Source of the DNA: Alphaproteobacteria bacterium | GTDB lineage: Bacteria > Pseudomonadota > Alphaproteobacteria > Rhodospirillales > Magnetospirillaceae | DNA length: 54,722 nt | Assembly (NCBI GenBank): GCA_015232025.1 | Contig: JADGAL010000001.1 | Location: 1 to 54,722 of the forward strand | Reading direction: 5' to 3' | In this document: one piece after another, positions 1-15,631 of the stretch | Position numbering within the stretch: the first letter of the stretch is position 1 | Layout: the number at the start of each line of letters is the position of its first letter | The notes under the pieces: model-generated | The model's database searches: none | The model's input: the letters and a program-made list of their open reading frames with translations, nothing else | What the model was told of the DNA's origin: nothing | Made by a program: the position numbers and the translations under genes

Positions 1-333
1 GGCATCGCGTTGCGCGATCAGGCGCTCGCCATCGGCGCCACGATCGGCGCTCCCAGCGGCGGCATTGAGGTCCCGCGCAGCACCGGCGCCGCCTATGACG
101 CCTTCGAAGGGGACATGAGGGTTGCGGCCAAGGAACTCAAGAAGATGATGCAGGACATCCGCGACCTGTTCGAGGCCACCGGCGACGACGAGGAAAAGAA
201 AGACATCCGGAAGCTCGCCAAGGAGCTGAAGAAGGATCTCGAACAGATGAGCGACGACCTCGATCTGGGCCGGGCCGGCACCGTGGGCGTTCCGGACGTC
301 GCGGTCAGAGGGCCGGTCAGCATCCTGGTGTGA
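1..333 (+). CDS. hypothetical protein, C-terminal fragment (gene starts left of the window)
   Basis: Frame 1 is open from nt 1, with stop TGA at 331-333. Strong G/C third-position bias like the real genes here. Lys/Glu/Asp-rich helical tail (KELKKMMQDIRDLFEATGDDEEKKDIRKLAKELKKDLEQM). No family recognised. Confidence 0.45.
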   Translation, partial: GIALRDQALAIGATIGAPSGGIEVPRSTGAAYDAFEGDMRVAAKELKKMMQDIRDLFEATGDDEEKKDIRKLAKELKKDLEQMSDDLDLGRAGTVGVPDVAVRGPVSILV

Positions 334-339
334 CCCCCC

Positions 340-768
340 TCACCGCGCCGCGACGGCATTCTCCTTGTCGGCCAGCCTAGCCTGGAAGCGGTCCCAGGCG
401 ACCACGGCGCGGTCGTGGGTGCCTTCGCCGATGACGTCCACCTCGTCCTCGGCCAGCACGCGCCAGCGGATGCGGCGGCCCTCGACCGACAGGCAGGTCG
501 CCGTGACGGTCACCACCATGCCGGGTGGCGTGGCGGCCACGTGGGTGACGTCGATTCCCACCCCCAGGCTGCCCTCGCCCTCTTCGAGATGCGGCGCCAG
601 GGCCTCGATGCAGGCCCACTCCATCAGCCCGACCATGTAGCCGGTGGCGAAGACCCGCGGCATGGCGACGAACGCGGCCGATTCGGGATAGAGATTGGGG
701 ACCGTCTTGGCGTCGGTCACCGTGAAGGCGTGGCGATGGACATCGCCGGGCTTCAGGCCGTCCCTCAC
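340..768 (-). CDS. hotdog-fold thioesterase (FlK/COG5496-like)
   Basis: Only the last 143 codons of track ORF 340..1971 are coding. GTG at 768 overlaps the aminotransferase stop by 4 nt (GTGA). VFATGYMVGLMEWACIEALAPHLEEGEGSLGVGIDVTHVAATPPGMVVTVTATC...GEGTHDRAVV fits the small hotdog thioesterase pattern. Confidence 0.7.
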   Translation of the reverse strand: MRDGLKPGDVHRHAFTVTDAKTVPNLYPESAAFVAMPRVFATGYMVGLMEWACIEALAPHLEEGEGSLGVGIDVTHVAATPPGMVVTVTATCLSVEGRRIRWRVLAEDEVDVIGEGTHDRAVVAWDRFQARLADKENAVAAR

Positions 769-2135
769 GACGCGAGCACCCGCGACGCCACTTCGTCCAG
801 CGCGGCGCGCACCATCGCCAGCATCTCGTCGATCTCCGCCTCGGTGATGATCAGGGGGGGTGAGAAGGCGATCGAGTCGCCCATCATGGCGCGCAGGATG
901 ACCCCGGCGTTCTGGGCCGCCTCGACGACCTGGGCGCCGGTGCCGCGTTCGGGCGGGAAATGGGCGCGGGTCGCTTTGTCCTCGACCAGTTCGAGCGCGC
1001 CGATCAGGCCCACCCCGCGCGCCTGGCCGACCAGCGGGTGGGACTCCAGGGCCTTCAGCCCGGCTTGCAGATGCGGGCCGACCTTGGCGACGTGGCCCAA
1101 GATGTCGCGCTCGGCGAAGATGTCCAGGGTCTCCAGCGCCACCGCCGCCGCCACCGGATGGGCGGAATAGGTGTAGCCGTGGCCGAACAGGCCGATCTTG
1201 TCGCTTTGCGCGACCAGCGCCTGCCAGATGCCCTCGCTGACCATCAGGGCCGAGATCGGCAGATAGGCCGAGGACAGGCCCTTGGCGCAGGTGATCATGT
1301 CGGGCGCCAAGCCATAGGTCTGCGAGCCGAACATCCGCCCGGTGCGCCCGAAGCCGCAGATCACCTCGTCCACCACGAACATCACGTCGTGCTTGCGCAG
1401 CACCGCCTGGACCATCTCGAAATAGCCCTCGGGCGGCACGATCACGCCCCCCGCGCCCATCACCGGCTCGGCGAAGAAGGCGGCCACCGTGTCCGGCCCC
1501 TCGGCCTCGATCATCGTGTCGAGCGCGTCGGCGAGGCGGGCCGAGAAGTCCCGCTCGGTCTCGCCCGGCAGCGCCTCGGCGTAGTGATGCGGGCACTCGG
1601 TATGCAGGATGCCGGCGATCGGCAGGTCGAAATCGCGCTGGTTGGCCGGCAGCCCGGTCAGGCTGGCGGTCGCCACGGTGACCCCGTGATAGCCCTTGCG
1701 GCGCGCGATGATCTTCTTCTTCCTCGGCCGGCCCAGCGCGTTGTTGACGTACCACACCAGCTTGACGGCGGTGTCGTTGGCCTCGGAGCCGGAATTGGCG
1801 AAGAACACCTTCGACATCGGCACCGGCGCCAAGTCCAGCAGCCTTGACGCCAGTTCGATGCCGGTCTCGTGCGACTTGTGATTGAACATATGGTAGAAGG
1901 GCAGCCGCTCCATCTGGCGCCGCGCCGCCTCGGCCAGCCGCGGTTCCGAGAAGCCCAGCGCCGTGCACCACAGCCCGGCCATGCCCTCGATATAGTCGTT
2001 GCCGGCATCGTCGAACACCCGCACGCCCTCGCCGCGCGTGATGATCAGCGGCCCCTTCTCGCGATGGCGCCCGAGATGCGTATAGGGATGCAGGACCGAG
2101 GCGAGATCCTTGTCGCGCAACGAGTTCGATGTCAT
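765..2135 (-). CDS. class-III PLP aminotransferase (omega-amino acid:pyruvate / putrescine-type)
   Basis: ATG 2135 (MTSNSLRD) lies 4 nt after the gabD stop. Motifs: GEGVRVFDDAGNDYIEGMAGLWC, NSGSEANDTAVKL, VDEVICGFGRTGRMFG, ITCAKGLSSAY (PLP lysine). Confidence 0.85.
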   Translation of the reverse strand: MTSNSLRDKDLASVLHPYTHLGRHREKGPLIITRGEGVRVFDDAGNDYIEGMAGLWCTALGFSEPRLAEAARRQMERLPFYHMFNHKSHETGIELASRLLDLAPVPMSKVFFANSGSEANDTAVKLVWYVNNALGRPRKKKIIARRKGYHGVTVATASLTGLPANQRDFDLPIAGILHTECPHHYAEALPGETERDFSARLADALDTMIEAEGPDTVAAFFAEPVMGAGGVIVPPEGYFEMVQAVLRKHDVMFVVDEVICGFGRTGRMFGSQTYGLAPDMITCAKGLSSAYLPISALMVSEGIWQALVAQSDKIGLFGHGYTYSAHPVAAAVALETLDIFAERDILGHVAKVGPHLQAGLKALESHPLVGQARGVGLIGALELVEDKATRAHFPPERGTGAQVVEAAQNAGVILRAMMGDSIAFSPPLIITEAEIDEMLAMVRAALDEVASRVLAS

Positions 2136-2139
2136 CCGC

Positions 2140-3597
2140 TCACACCCCGCCCAGGCACAGATATTTGATCTCGACATAGTCGTCGATGCCGTATTTCGAG
2201 CCCTCGCGGCCGATGCCGGATTCCTTGACGCCGCCGAATGGCGCCACCTCGGTCGAGATGATGCCTTCGTTGATGCCGACGATGCCGTATTCCAGCGCCT
2301 CGGCGACCCGGAACACGCGGCCGACGTCGCGGGCGTAGAAATAGGCGGCCAGGCCGAACTCGGTGTCGTTGGCCATCGCGACCGCCTCGGCCTCGGTCTC
2401 GAAGCGGAACAGGGGGGCCACCGGGCCGAAGGTCTCCTCGCGCGCCACCAGCATGGCGGGGGTGACGTCGGTCAGGATGGTCGGCTGAAAGAAGGTGCCG
2501 CCCAGCGCGTGGCGGGCGCCACCCAGCGTCACGCGGGCGCCCTTGGCCACCGCGTCGGCGATGTGGCGCTCGACCTTTTCGATCGCCTGACGGTTGATCA
2601 GCGGCCCCTGCTGGGTGTCGCCCGACAGGCCGGGGCCGACCTTCAGCGCCTTGACCGCCTCGGCCAGCTTGGCGGCGAAGGCGTCGTAGACCCCCGATTG
2701 CACCAGCAGGCGGTTGGCGCAGACGCAGGTCTGGCCGGTGTTGCGATATTTGGACGCCATCGCGCCGGCCACCGCCGCGTCGAGATCGGCGTCGTCGAAC
2801 ACGATGAAGGGCGCGTTGCCGCCCAACTCCAGCGAGACCTTCTTCACGGTGTCGGCGCATTGGCGCATCAACAGCTTGCCCACCTCGGTCGAGCCGGTGA
2901 AGCTGAGCTTGCGGACCAGGGGATTGGCGGTCAACTCGCCCCCCACCCCCTCGGGGTCGCGCGCCGTCACCACGTTCAGCACGCCCTTGGGGAAGCCGGC
3001 GCGGTCGGCCAGTTCGGCGAGCGCCAGGGCGGACAGCGGCGTGTCCTCGGCCGGCTTGATGACCACCGGGCAGCCGGCCGCCAGGGCGGGCGCCACCTTG
3101 CGGGTGATCATGGCGATCGGGAAATTCCACGGCGTGATCGAGGCGACCACGCCGATCGGCTGCTTCAGCACCAGGATGCGCTTGCCGGCGGCGTGCTGCG
3201 GAATGATGTCGCCATAGACGCGCTTGCCCTCCTCGGCGAACCACTCGACGAAGGCGGCGCCATAGGCCACCTCGCCCATCGCCTCGGCCAGCGGCTTGCC
3301 TTGCTCGCTGGTCATCAGAACGGCGAGATCGCGTTGCGCCGCCATGATCAACTCGTACCAGCGGCGCATGATCTGGGCGCGTTCCTTGGCGGTGCGGCCG
3401 CGCCAATCGGGGAAGGCGGCCTGCGCCGCGTCGATGGCGCGGCGGGTCTCGGCCGCGCCCATCTCGGGCACCTCGCCCAGCACCCGTCCATCGGCCGGAT
3501 CGACCACCGCGAAGGTGCGCCCGTCATCGGCGCCCACCCAGGCGCCGTCGATGAAGGCCTGCTGGCGGAACAGCTTGGAATCGGTCAGAGCGGTCAT
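2140..3597 (-). CDS. gabD: NAD(P)+-dependent succinate-semialdehyde dehydrogenase
   Basis: ATG 3597 is preceded by GAGGAGGA. ALDH motifs: ITPWNFP, FTGSTEVGK, LELGGNAP, EETFGPVAP. Resembles GabD end to end. Confidence 0.85.
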   Translation of the reverse strand: MTALTDSKLFRQQAFIDGAWVGADDGRTFAVVDPADGRVLGEVPEMGAAETRRAIDAAQAAFPDWRGRTAKERAQIMRRWYELIMAAQRDLAVLMTSEQGKPLAEAMGEVAYGAAFVEWFAEEGKRVYGDIIPQHAAGKRILVLKQPIGVVASITPWNFPIAMITRKVAPALAAGCPVVIKPAEDTPLSALALAELADRAGFPKGVLNVVTARDPEGVGGELTANPLVRKLSFTGSTEVGKLLMRQCADTVKKVSLELGGNAPFIVFDDADLDAAVAGAMASKYRNTGQTCVCANRLLVQSGVYDAFAAKLAEAVKALKVGPGLSGDTQQGPLINRQAIEKVERHIADAVAKGARVTLGGARHALGGTFFQPTILTDVTPAMLVAREETFGPVAPLFRFETEAEAVAMANDTEFGLAAYFYARDVGRVFRVAEALEYGIVGINEGIISTEVAPFGGVKESGIGREGSKYGIDDYVEIKYLCLGGV

Positions 3598-3675
3598 GCT
3601 GGCATCCTCCTCAGGCACGGTAGGATGGCGCGCCGGCCGCCCCGGCGCAACGGGCTTGCGTCCTTAATTTCGCCC

Positions 3676-4074
3676 TCAGGCGCCGGGGAAGGCCGTTTCT
3701 CCGCCGGCCACCTGGCGAATGGCGTCGAGGATGGGGGCGACGTCGACCGCCTTCTCCAGGCAACCCCACGCCCCCGCCGCCACCGCGCGATCGACCGTCG
3801 CGTCGTCGAGCAGGCCGCTGAACACGATCACGCGGGTCTCGGGCCGCCGCTCGACCAGTTCGGCCAAGGCGTCGAGCGGGTCGCGGCCGGGCATCCGCAG
3901 ATCGAGCAGCACCACATCGGCGGCGCTCGCCTCGGCCTCGTCGGCGAGCCGATCGGCGCTGTGCAGGACGCCCACGCAACACATGCCGTCGGTCATGTCG
4001 ACCACTTGGCGCAGGGCGTCGGCCAGCATGGCCGTGTCGTCGACGCACAGCACTCGGATCACCGGGGGCTCCAC
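3676..4074 (-). CDS. stand-alone CheY-like receiver (response regulator without output domain)
   Basis: 132 aa, a single receiver domain: VLCVDD, VVLLDLRMPGRD, VIVFSG, GAWGCLEK. No HTH follows. Confidence 0.8.
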   Translation of the reverse strand: MEPPVIRVLCVDDTAMLADALRQVVDMTDGMCCVGVLHSADRLADEAEASAADVVLLDLRMPGRDPLDALAELVERRPETRVIVFSGLLDDATVDRAVAAGAWGCLEKAVDVAPILDAIRQVAGGETAFPGA

Positions 4075-4076
4075 GC

Positions 4077-4481
4077 CTATTCGGCCGAGATGTCGGGCAC
4101 CATCACGAACTCGCCGGCGGCGGCGCGTCGGATGGCGTCGATGATCGCCTCGGTGCCCTCGTTCTTGGAAACGTACCCCCAGGCGCCGGCCTCGACCGCG
4201 CGATCGATCAACTCGCCGCGCAGGTGACCGCTGAACATCACCACCCGAACCAGCGGCTGGAGGGTTCGCAGTTCCTCGACCACCTCGAACGGATCGCGGC
4301 CCGGCATGTCGACGTCCAGCAGCACGATGTCGGGATTGACCCGGCCCACCGCGTCGAGCAGTGGCTGGGCGTCGGACAGGCTGCCGACCAGGGCCATGTC
4401 GGGTTCAAGGGCCAATCGCGCCGACAAGGCGTCGGCGATCATCGGATTGTCGTCGACGCACAGCACGTTGACCACCGTCAT
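4077..4481 (-). CDS. stand-alone CheY-like receiver, paralog of 3676..4074
   Basis: ATG 4481 (MTVVNVLCVDDNP) sits 1 nt after the kinase stop. Motifs IVLLDVDMPGRD, VVMFSG, GAWGYVSK. The upstream part of track ORF 4077..4754 is non-coding overlap with the kinase gene. Confidence 0.8.
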   Translation of the reverse strand: MTVVNVLCVDDNPMIADALSARLALEPDMALVGSLSDAQPLLDAVGRVNPDIVLLDVDMPGRDPFEVVEELRTLQPLVRVVMFSGHLRGELIDRAVEAGAWGYVSKNEGTEAIIDAIRRAAAGEFVMVPDISAE

Positions 4482-4482
4482 C

Positions 4483-5868
4483 TCATCCTCCCGCGCCGAG
4501 GCCGCGCAACGCTTGGCGGATATCTTCGGGCCGTGGCCTGGGGCCAAGCGGCACCAGGCCGGGGCCGGCCGGAACGTCGGCGAACACCACGGCGGAGCGG
4601 CCACGCGCCTCGGCCACGAAGCCGGCCGCCGCCGCCGCGTCGTCGGTGATCCAAAGAGTGGCGCCCTCGCCATCGCCATCGACCAGCGCGTAGCCCATGG
4701 CGCGCAGCACGCCCCCGACATAGGTGCGGATGCGGGCGTCGGGCAGGGCGACATGGGCGGTGCGGTCCTCTTGCCGCGCCGCCGGATCGGTGGCGGTGCG
4801 CAGCAGCAGCGTGAACACGGTGCCCAGGCCCGGCGCCGATTGGATCTCGATCGAACCGCCCGATTGCTTCACCATGCCATCCACCAGGGCGAGCCCCATG
4901 CCGGTCGAGATGCCGCGGGTCTTGGTCGTGAAGAACGGTTCCAGGCAGCGGCGCATCACCTCGCGCGTCATGCCCGGCCCGTCATCGGCGACCGAAAGCC
5001 GGGCCAGCCCGCGCTCGGCGGCCGACAGCCGCACCGTGACGGTTCCCGCGCCGCCCTCGCGCATCGCCTCGCCCGCGTTCTGCACCAGGTTGAACACCAC
5101 CTGGGTCAGCCGATGGCGGGCGATCGCCAAGCGGGGCGGGTCGTCCGGGAACTCGCGCGCCAGTTCGACGCGGCGCGGCAGGCCGTTGCGGAGCACCGCC
5201 TCGGAGTCGGCCCACCATTCCAGCGGATCGAGATTGTCGCCGCACAGCGCGTTTTGATCGGGGTCGAGCGACAGCAGCCGCAGCCCGTTGGTCAATCGTT
5301 GCAGCAACTCGACCGATTTGCGGATCACCCGCAAATCGTCGCGCATCGGGTCGGGAATGCCGCGCGCCTCGATGGTGTCCAGGCGCACCCGCACCGGCAG
5401 CAACAGGTTGCCCATGTCGTGGCCCAACCCCGCCGACAGACAGCCCAGAGCCGCCATACGGTCCAGCCGCGCCTGCGACATCTCCCCGTCGCGCCCGTCC
5501 AAGTCGCGCTCGGCCTCGACGCGGGGGTGGATGTCGACCGAGGCTCCAAACCATCTGACGATCCGACCGGCCCCGTCGCGCTGGGCGACGGCGCGCGACA
5601 AGTGCCAGCGATAGGCGCCGTCATGGCGGCGCAGGCGATGTTCGAGGTCTTCCATGGCGCCGTCGGCGAGGGCGTGGCGCCATTTGCTCAGGGTCCGCTC
5701 GCGGTCCTCGCGATGAATGACCGACTGCCAGCCCCAGCCCAGCAAAGCGGCACGCCGCGCGCCGCTGAAGGTGGCGCCGCTTCGATTGCAGTAGTCGACC
5801 GAGCCATCCGGCGCGGCCGTCCACAGAATCGACGGTACGACTTCCGCGAGGGCCTCGAACCAGCCCAT
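4483..5868 (-). CDS. PAS-domain sensor histidine kinase with a receiver-like C-terminal tail
   Basis: ATG 5868 with GGGAGGGAG upstream. PAS (ILWTAAPDGSVDYCNRS...YRWHLSRAVAQRDGAGRIVRWFGASVDI), H-box GLGHDMGNLLLPV, N/G boxes FNLVQNAGEAM, DDGPGM, GMGLALV. About 110 extra C-terminal residues. Confidence 0.8.
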   Translation of the reverse strand: MGWFEALAEVVPSILWTAAPDGSVDYCNRSGATFSGARRAALLGWGWQSVIHREDRERTLSKWRHALADGAMEDLEHRLRRHDGAYRWHLSRAVAQRDGAGRIVRWFGASVDIHPRVEAERDLDGRDGEMSQARLDRMAALGCLSAGLGHDMGNLLLPVRVRLDTIEARGIPDPMRDDLRVIRKSVELLQRLTNGLRLLSLDPDQNALCGDNLDPLEWWADSEAVLRNGLPRRVELAREFPDDPPRLAIARHRLTQVVFNLVQNAGEAMREGGAGTVTVRLSAAERGLARLSVADDGPGMTREVMRRCLEPFFTTKTRGISTGMGLALVDGMVKQSGGSIEIQSAPGLGTVFTLLLRTATDPAARQEDRTAHVALPDARIRTYVGGVLRAMGYALVDGDGEGATLWITDDAAAAAGFVAEARGRSAVVFADVPAGPGLVPLGPRPRPEDIRQALRGLGAGG

Positions 5869-5958
5869 CCTTCGCTCCCTCCCGACCGGCCTCGCTCCCA
5901 CCCAGATGGTGATGCCAAGTCGATAGGGAAAGACGCTCTTGGAGGTAGCCTTGTCCGA

Positions 5959-7374
5959 TCAGCGCGGCAGTTGGCTCGATCCGGTCAGGAAGGCGTCGAC
6001 GGCGCGCGCCGTCTGGCGGCCTTCGCGGATCGCCCAAACCACCAACGACTGGCCGCGCCGGGTGTCACCGCAGGCGAAGACGTTGCCGACCGACGTTTGA
6101 TAGGTCGTCGTATCCGCCTCGACATTGCCGCGGCCGTCCAGCTTGACGCCCAGATCGGCCAGGATGCCCTCGCGCACCGGATGGACGAAGCCCATGGCCA
6201 GCAACACCAGATCGGCCTTGATGTCGAACTCGGTGCCGGCGATCGGCTGCATCTTGCCGTCGACCTGGATGGCGTTCAGCGCCTGGACGCGGCCGTCGCG
6301 CCCCGACAGCGAGCGCGTGCCGATGCTCCAGCGGCGTTCGCAGCCTTCCTGGTGCGAGGTCGAGGTGACCAGCTTGTGGGGCCAGTTCGGCCAGGTCGCC
6401 AGCTTGTCCTCTTGCTCGGGCGGGCGCGGCATGATCTCGATCTGGGTGACCTTGAGGGCGCCCTGGCGGATCGAGGTGCCGACGCAGTCCGAGCCGGTGT
6501 CGCCGCCGCCGATCACCACGACGTGCTTGCCGCGCGCCGTCAAATCGGGGCCGGATTGCGGCTCGTCGCCGACCCGGCGGTTCTGGCGCGACAGGAAATC
6601 CATGGCGAAATGGACGCCCGCCAAGTCGCGGCCCGCCACGGGCAGGTCGCGCGGCCGTTCCGAACCGATGGCCAGCACCACGGCGTCGAAGCGTTCCAGC
6701 AGTTCGCCCGCCGGCACGTCGCGGCCGACCCCGCGGTTGACCCTGAACTCGACGCCCTCGGCCTGAAGCTGGGCCATGCGGCGATCGATCACCCACTTTT
6801 CCAGCTTGAAGTCGGGGATGCCATAGCGCAGCAGGCCGCCGACGCGGGCGTTCTTCTCATAGACCGTGACGGCATGGCCGGCGCGCGCCAATTGCTGGGC
6901 GCAGGCCAGTCCGGCCGGCCCCGAGCCGACCACGGCGACCCGCTTGCCCGAACGGCGCGACGGCACCAGCGGCCGAATCCAACCCTCGGACCAGCCCTTC
7001 TCGACGATCGAATATTCGATGTGCTTGATGGTCACCGACTCGTCGACCAGATTCAACGTGCAGGCCGCCTCGCACGGGGCGGGGCAGACGCGGCCGGTGA
7101 ATTCGGGGAAGTTGTTGGTCGAGTGCAAGACCTCGAGCGCTTCCTTCCAGCGGCCCTTGTAGACCAGATCGTTCCAGTCCGGGATGATGTTCATCACCGG
7201 GCAGCCGTTGTGGCAATAGGGCGTGCCGCAATCCATGCAGCGCGAGCCCTGCTTCGAGCAATCCTGCGAATCCAGCGGCAGCAGGAATTCCCGCCAATGC
7301 TGGATGCGATCGGAGACCGGCGCGTAGCCGGGGGCGCCGCGCTTGATCTCCATGAAGCCGGTGGGCTTGCCCAT
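5959..7374 (-). CDS. gltD: glutamate synthase (NADPH) small subunit
   Basis: [12 protein letters not shown]..., [20 protein letters not shown] Fe-S motifs, [14 protein letters not shown] and [13 protein letters not shown] dinucleotide folds. Sits 3 nt after the gltB stop. Confidence 0.95.
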   Translation of the reverse strand: MGKPTGFMEIKRGAPGYAPVSDRIQHWREFLLPLDSQDCSKQGSRCMDCGTPYCHNGCPVMNIIPDWNDLVYKGRWKEALEVLHSTNNFPEFTGRVCPAPCEAACTLNLVDESVTIKHIEYSIVEKGWSEGWIRPLVPSRRSGKRVAVVGSGPAGLACAQQLARAGHAVTVYEKNARVGGLLRYGIPDFKLEKWVIDRRMAQLQAEGVEFRVNRGVGRDVPAGELLERFDAVVLAIGSERPRDLPVAGRDLAGVHFAMDFLSRQNRRVGDEPQSGPDLTARGKHVVVIGGGDTGSDCVGTSIRQGALKVTQIEIMPRPPEQEDKLATWPNWPHKLVTSTSHQEGCERRWSIGTRSLSGRDGRVQALNAIQVDGKMQPIAGTEFDIKADLVLLAMGFVHPVREGILADLGVKLDGRGNVEADTTTYQTSVGNVFACGDTRRGQSLVVWAIREGRQTARAVDAFLTGSSQLPR

Positions 7375-7377
7375 GGG

Positions 7378-12009
<4,632 letters not shown>

Positions 12010-12072
12010 ATCCGTTCTGATCCAAGCCCCGCGCACAGGGCGAATTGGCCAAAGGTCACATGCAATACCAAT

Positions 12073-12092
12073 CTTGGCAGCGGCTTGCCAAG
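12073..12092. promoter_or_regulatory. perfect 7-6-7 inverted repeat CTTGGCA-N6-TGCCAAG upstream of gltB
   Basis: Read directly from the sequence. Lies 64-83 nt upstream of the gltB ATG, in the 144-nt gap after the upstream kinase gene. Function unknown. Confidence 0.25.
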
Positions 12093-12153
12093 TGATTCTT
12101 GGCCATCCGGGTTAACGGACTTTATCGAAAGCGCATATTGCAGGTGCGAAGAC

Positions 12154-14463
<2,310 letters not shown>

Positions 14464-14534
14464 GCCCCCGCGCCAGCCCCTCTACGCTCCCCCCGAAGCG
14501 CAGAGGATACGCCGCGAACGCGCATTGGCACAAG

Positions 14535-14924
14535 TCAGTGCAGCGCGGCGCCCCGCTCGGTGGGGCAAGACAGCCCCCGCGGCCCGTCCTCGATCTCGTC
14601 GAGCGGCACATGCAGCACGGCCAAGCCGGTGAAGGCGGCGATCTCGGACAGCACCATGCGGACGCGCTCGGAATCGTCGCTGGCCACCGCGATCCAGACA
14701 TTGTAGCGAAGCTGCGCCTCGACCACGCACGAGGCCTCGGAATAGGCCCGCAGGGTGCGCAGGACGTGGTCGAGCGCGCTGTCGGGCACCGCCATCGCCG
14801 CCATCACGGCGACGCTGGAGCGGTCGCTGGCCGCGCGGAACAGGCTGTCCAGGCGGTGCAGGGCGGCGGGACGGTGGACCCCCAGCATGCGGGCGAAGGG
14901 GGCGACGGGTTCGAGATCGTCCAT
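14535..14924 (-). CDS. small Lrp/AsnC-type protein resembling NirD/AhbA siroheme-decarboxylase subunits
   Basis: ATG 14924 with GGAGG 5 nt upstream. VAVMAAMAVPDSALDHVLRTLRAYSEASCVVEAQLRYNVWIAVASDDSERVRMVLSEIAAFTGL follows the ...VSHNYER..YNLWF...TG pattern of that family. Only 129 aa. Family assignment is from memory. Confidence 0.5.
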   Translation of the reverse strand: MDDLEPVAPFARMLGVHRPAALHRLDSLFRAASDRSSVAVMAAMAVPDSALDHVLRTLRAYSEASCVVEAQLRYNVWIAVASDDSERVRMVLSEIAAFTGLAVLHVPLDEIEDGPRGLSCPTERGAALH

Positions 14925-15010
14925 GGTTCCTCCCGGGTTTTGGGCCATGGTAAGGCCCGGCCGCTCGGGGAGGAAGGGGGCCACCCGGACTAGCCCGAGT
15001 GGCCGAACGG

Positions 15011-15631
15011 TCAGGGCAGTCTTACCCGAATGGTGAATTCGGGCAGGCCGTAGTCCTCGACCAATTCCGGCCGGCCGGGCAGGTTGTCGCGGCAAAAGGC
15101 CAGCCAGCGCGCCGGCTCGCCCAGGTAGATCTCCGCCTCCCGCGCCGGGCCGCGGGTGCTCAACATGTTGAAGGCGTAGCCGCGCCGCGACGCGAAGGCC
15201 AGCGCCCGCATGCCCTCGGCGATGACCCTTTCCCAATCGGCGGTCGGGGCGTCGAGCTTGATGTTCCAAATCCCCGAGGCGAAGGACCAATCGGCCCCGG
15301 CCAGCGGTTGGCGGGCCACCGCGAAATTGACCCGCGGATCGGCGATTCGCGCCTTGGCCGCCTCGATCATGGCCGGCGCCGCGTCCCAGCCGTAGTAAAG
15401 CCCGCCCTCCAAGGCCGGGCGCGGGGCCAGGAAGTCGAACAGCGCGCCATAGCCGCAGCCAAGGTCGTTGATCGTCTGCCCCGTGGCGTCGGGCGGAATG
15501 ATCGCGCACAGCGTTTCAAAGGACAGTCGCTGGCGCGCCCAGTCGTTCCAGCCGACCCCCAGCGGGGTCGGGCCGTGCTCGGCCAGCATCGCGGCGTAGA
15601 TGTCGGCGACGGGGCCGATCGAGTCGCCCAT
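15011..15631 (-). CDS. class-I SAM-dependent methyltransferase
   Basis: ATG 15631 overlaps the PadR-like stop (ATGA). Motif I INDLGCGYGALFDFL, then YYGWDAAPAMI. Only the last 206 codons of track ORF 15011..16123 are coding. Confidence 0.7.
   Translation of the reverse strand: MGDSIGPVADIYAAMLAEHGPTPLGVGWNDWARQRLSFETLCAIIPPDATGQTINDLGCGYGALFDFLAPRPALEGGLYYGWDAAPAMIEAAKARIADPRVNFAVARQPLAGADWSFASGIWNIKLDAPTADWERVIAEGMRALAFASRRGYAFNMLSTRGPAREAEIYLGEPARWLAFCRDNLPGRPELVEDYGLPEFTIRVRLP

Noticed and set aside
340-1971. 543-aa ORF apparently extending the thioesterase far upstream. The same applies to N-terminal extensions of track ORFs 4077..4754, 14535..15509, 15011..16123, 17475..19457, 20247..22640, 22706..23701, 25150..26379, 32008..32952, 32912..33580, 36610..38475 and 49523..51751.
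   Set aside because: In each case only the C-terminal part shows family motifs. That part begins at a start codon that abuts or overlaps the stop of the upstream gene. The extension overlaps that gene in another frame and is Arg/Pro/Gly-rich.
12073-12092. TGGCA-N6-TTGC read as a sigma-54 promoter
   Set aside because: The GG-to-GC spacing is one nucleotide short of the strict consensus on both strands. The plus-strand reading also points away from any plus-strand gene.
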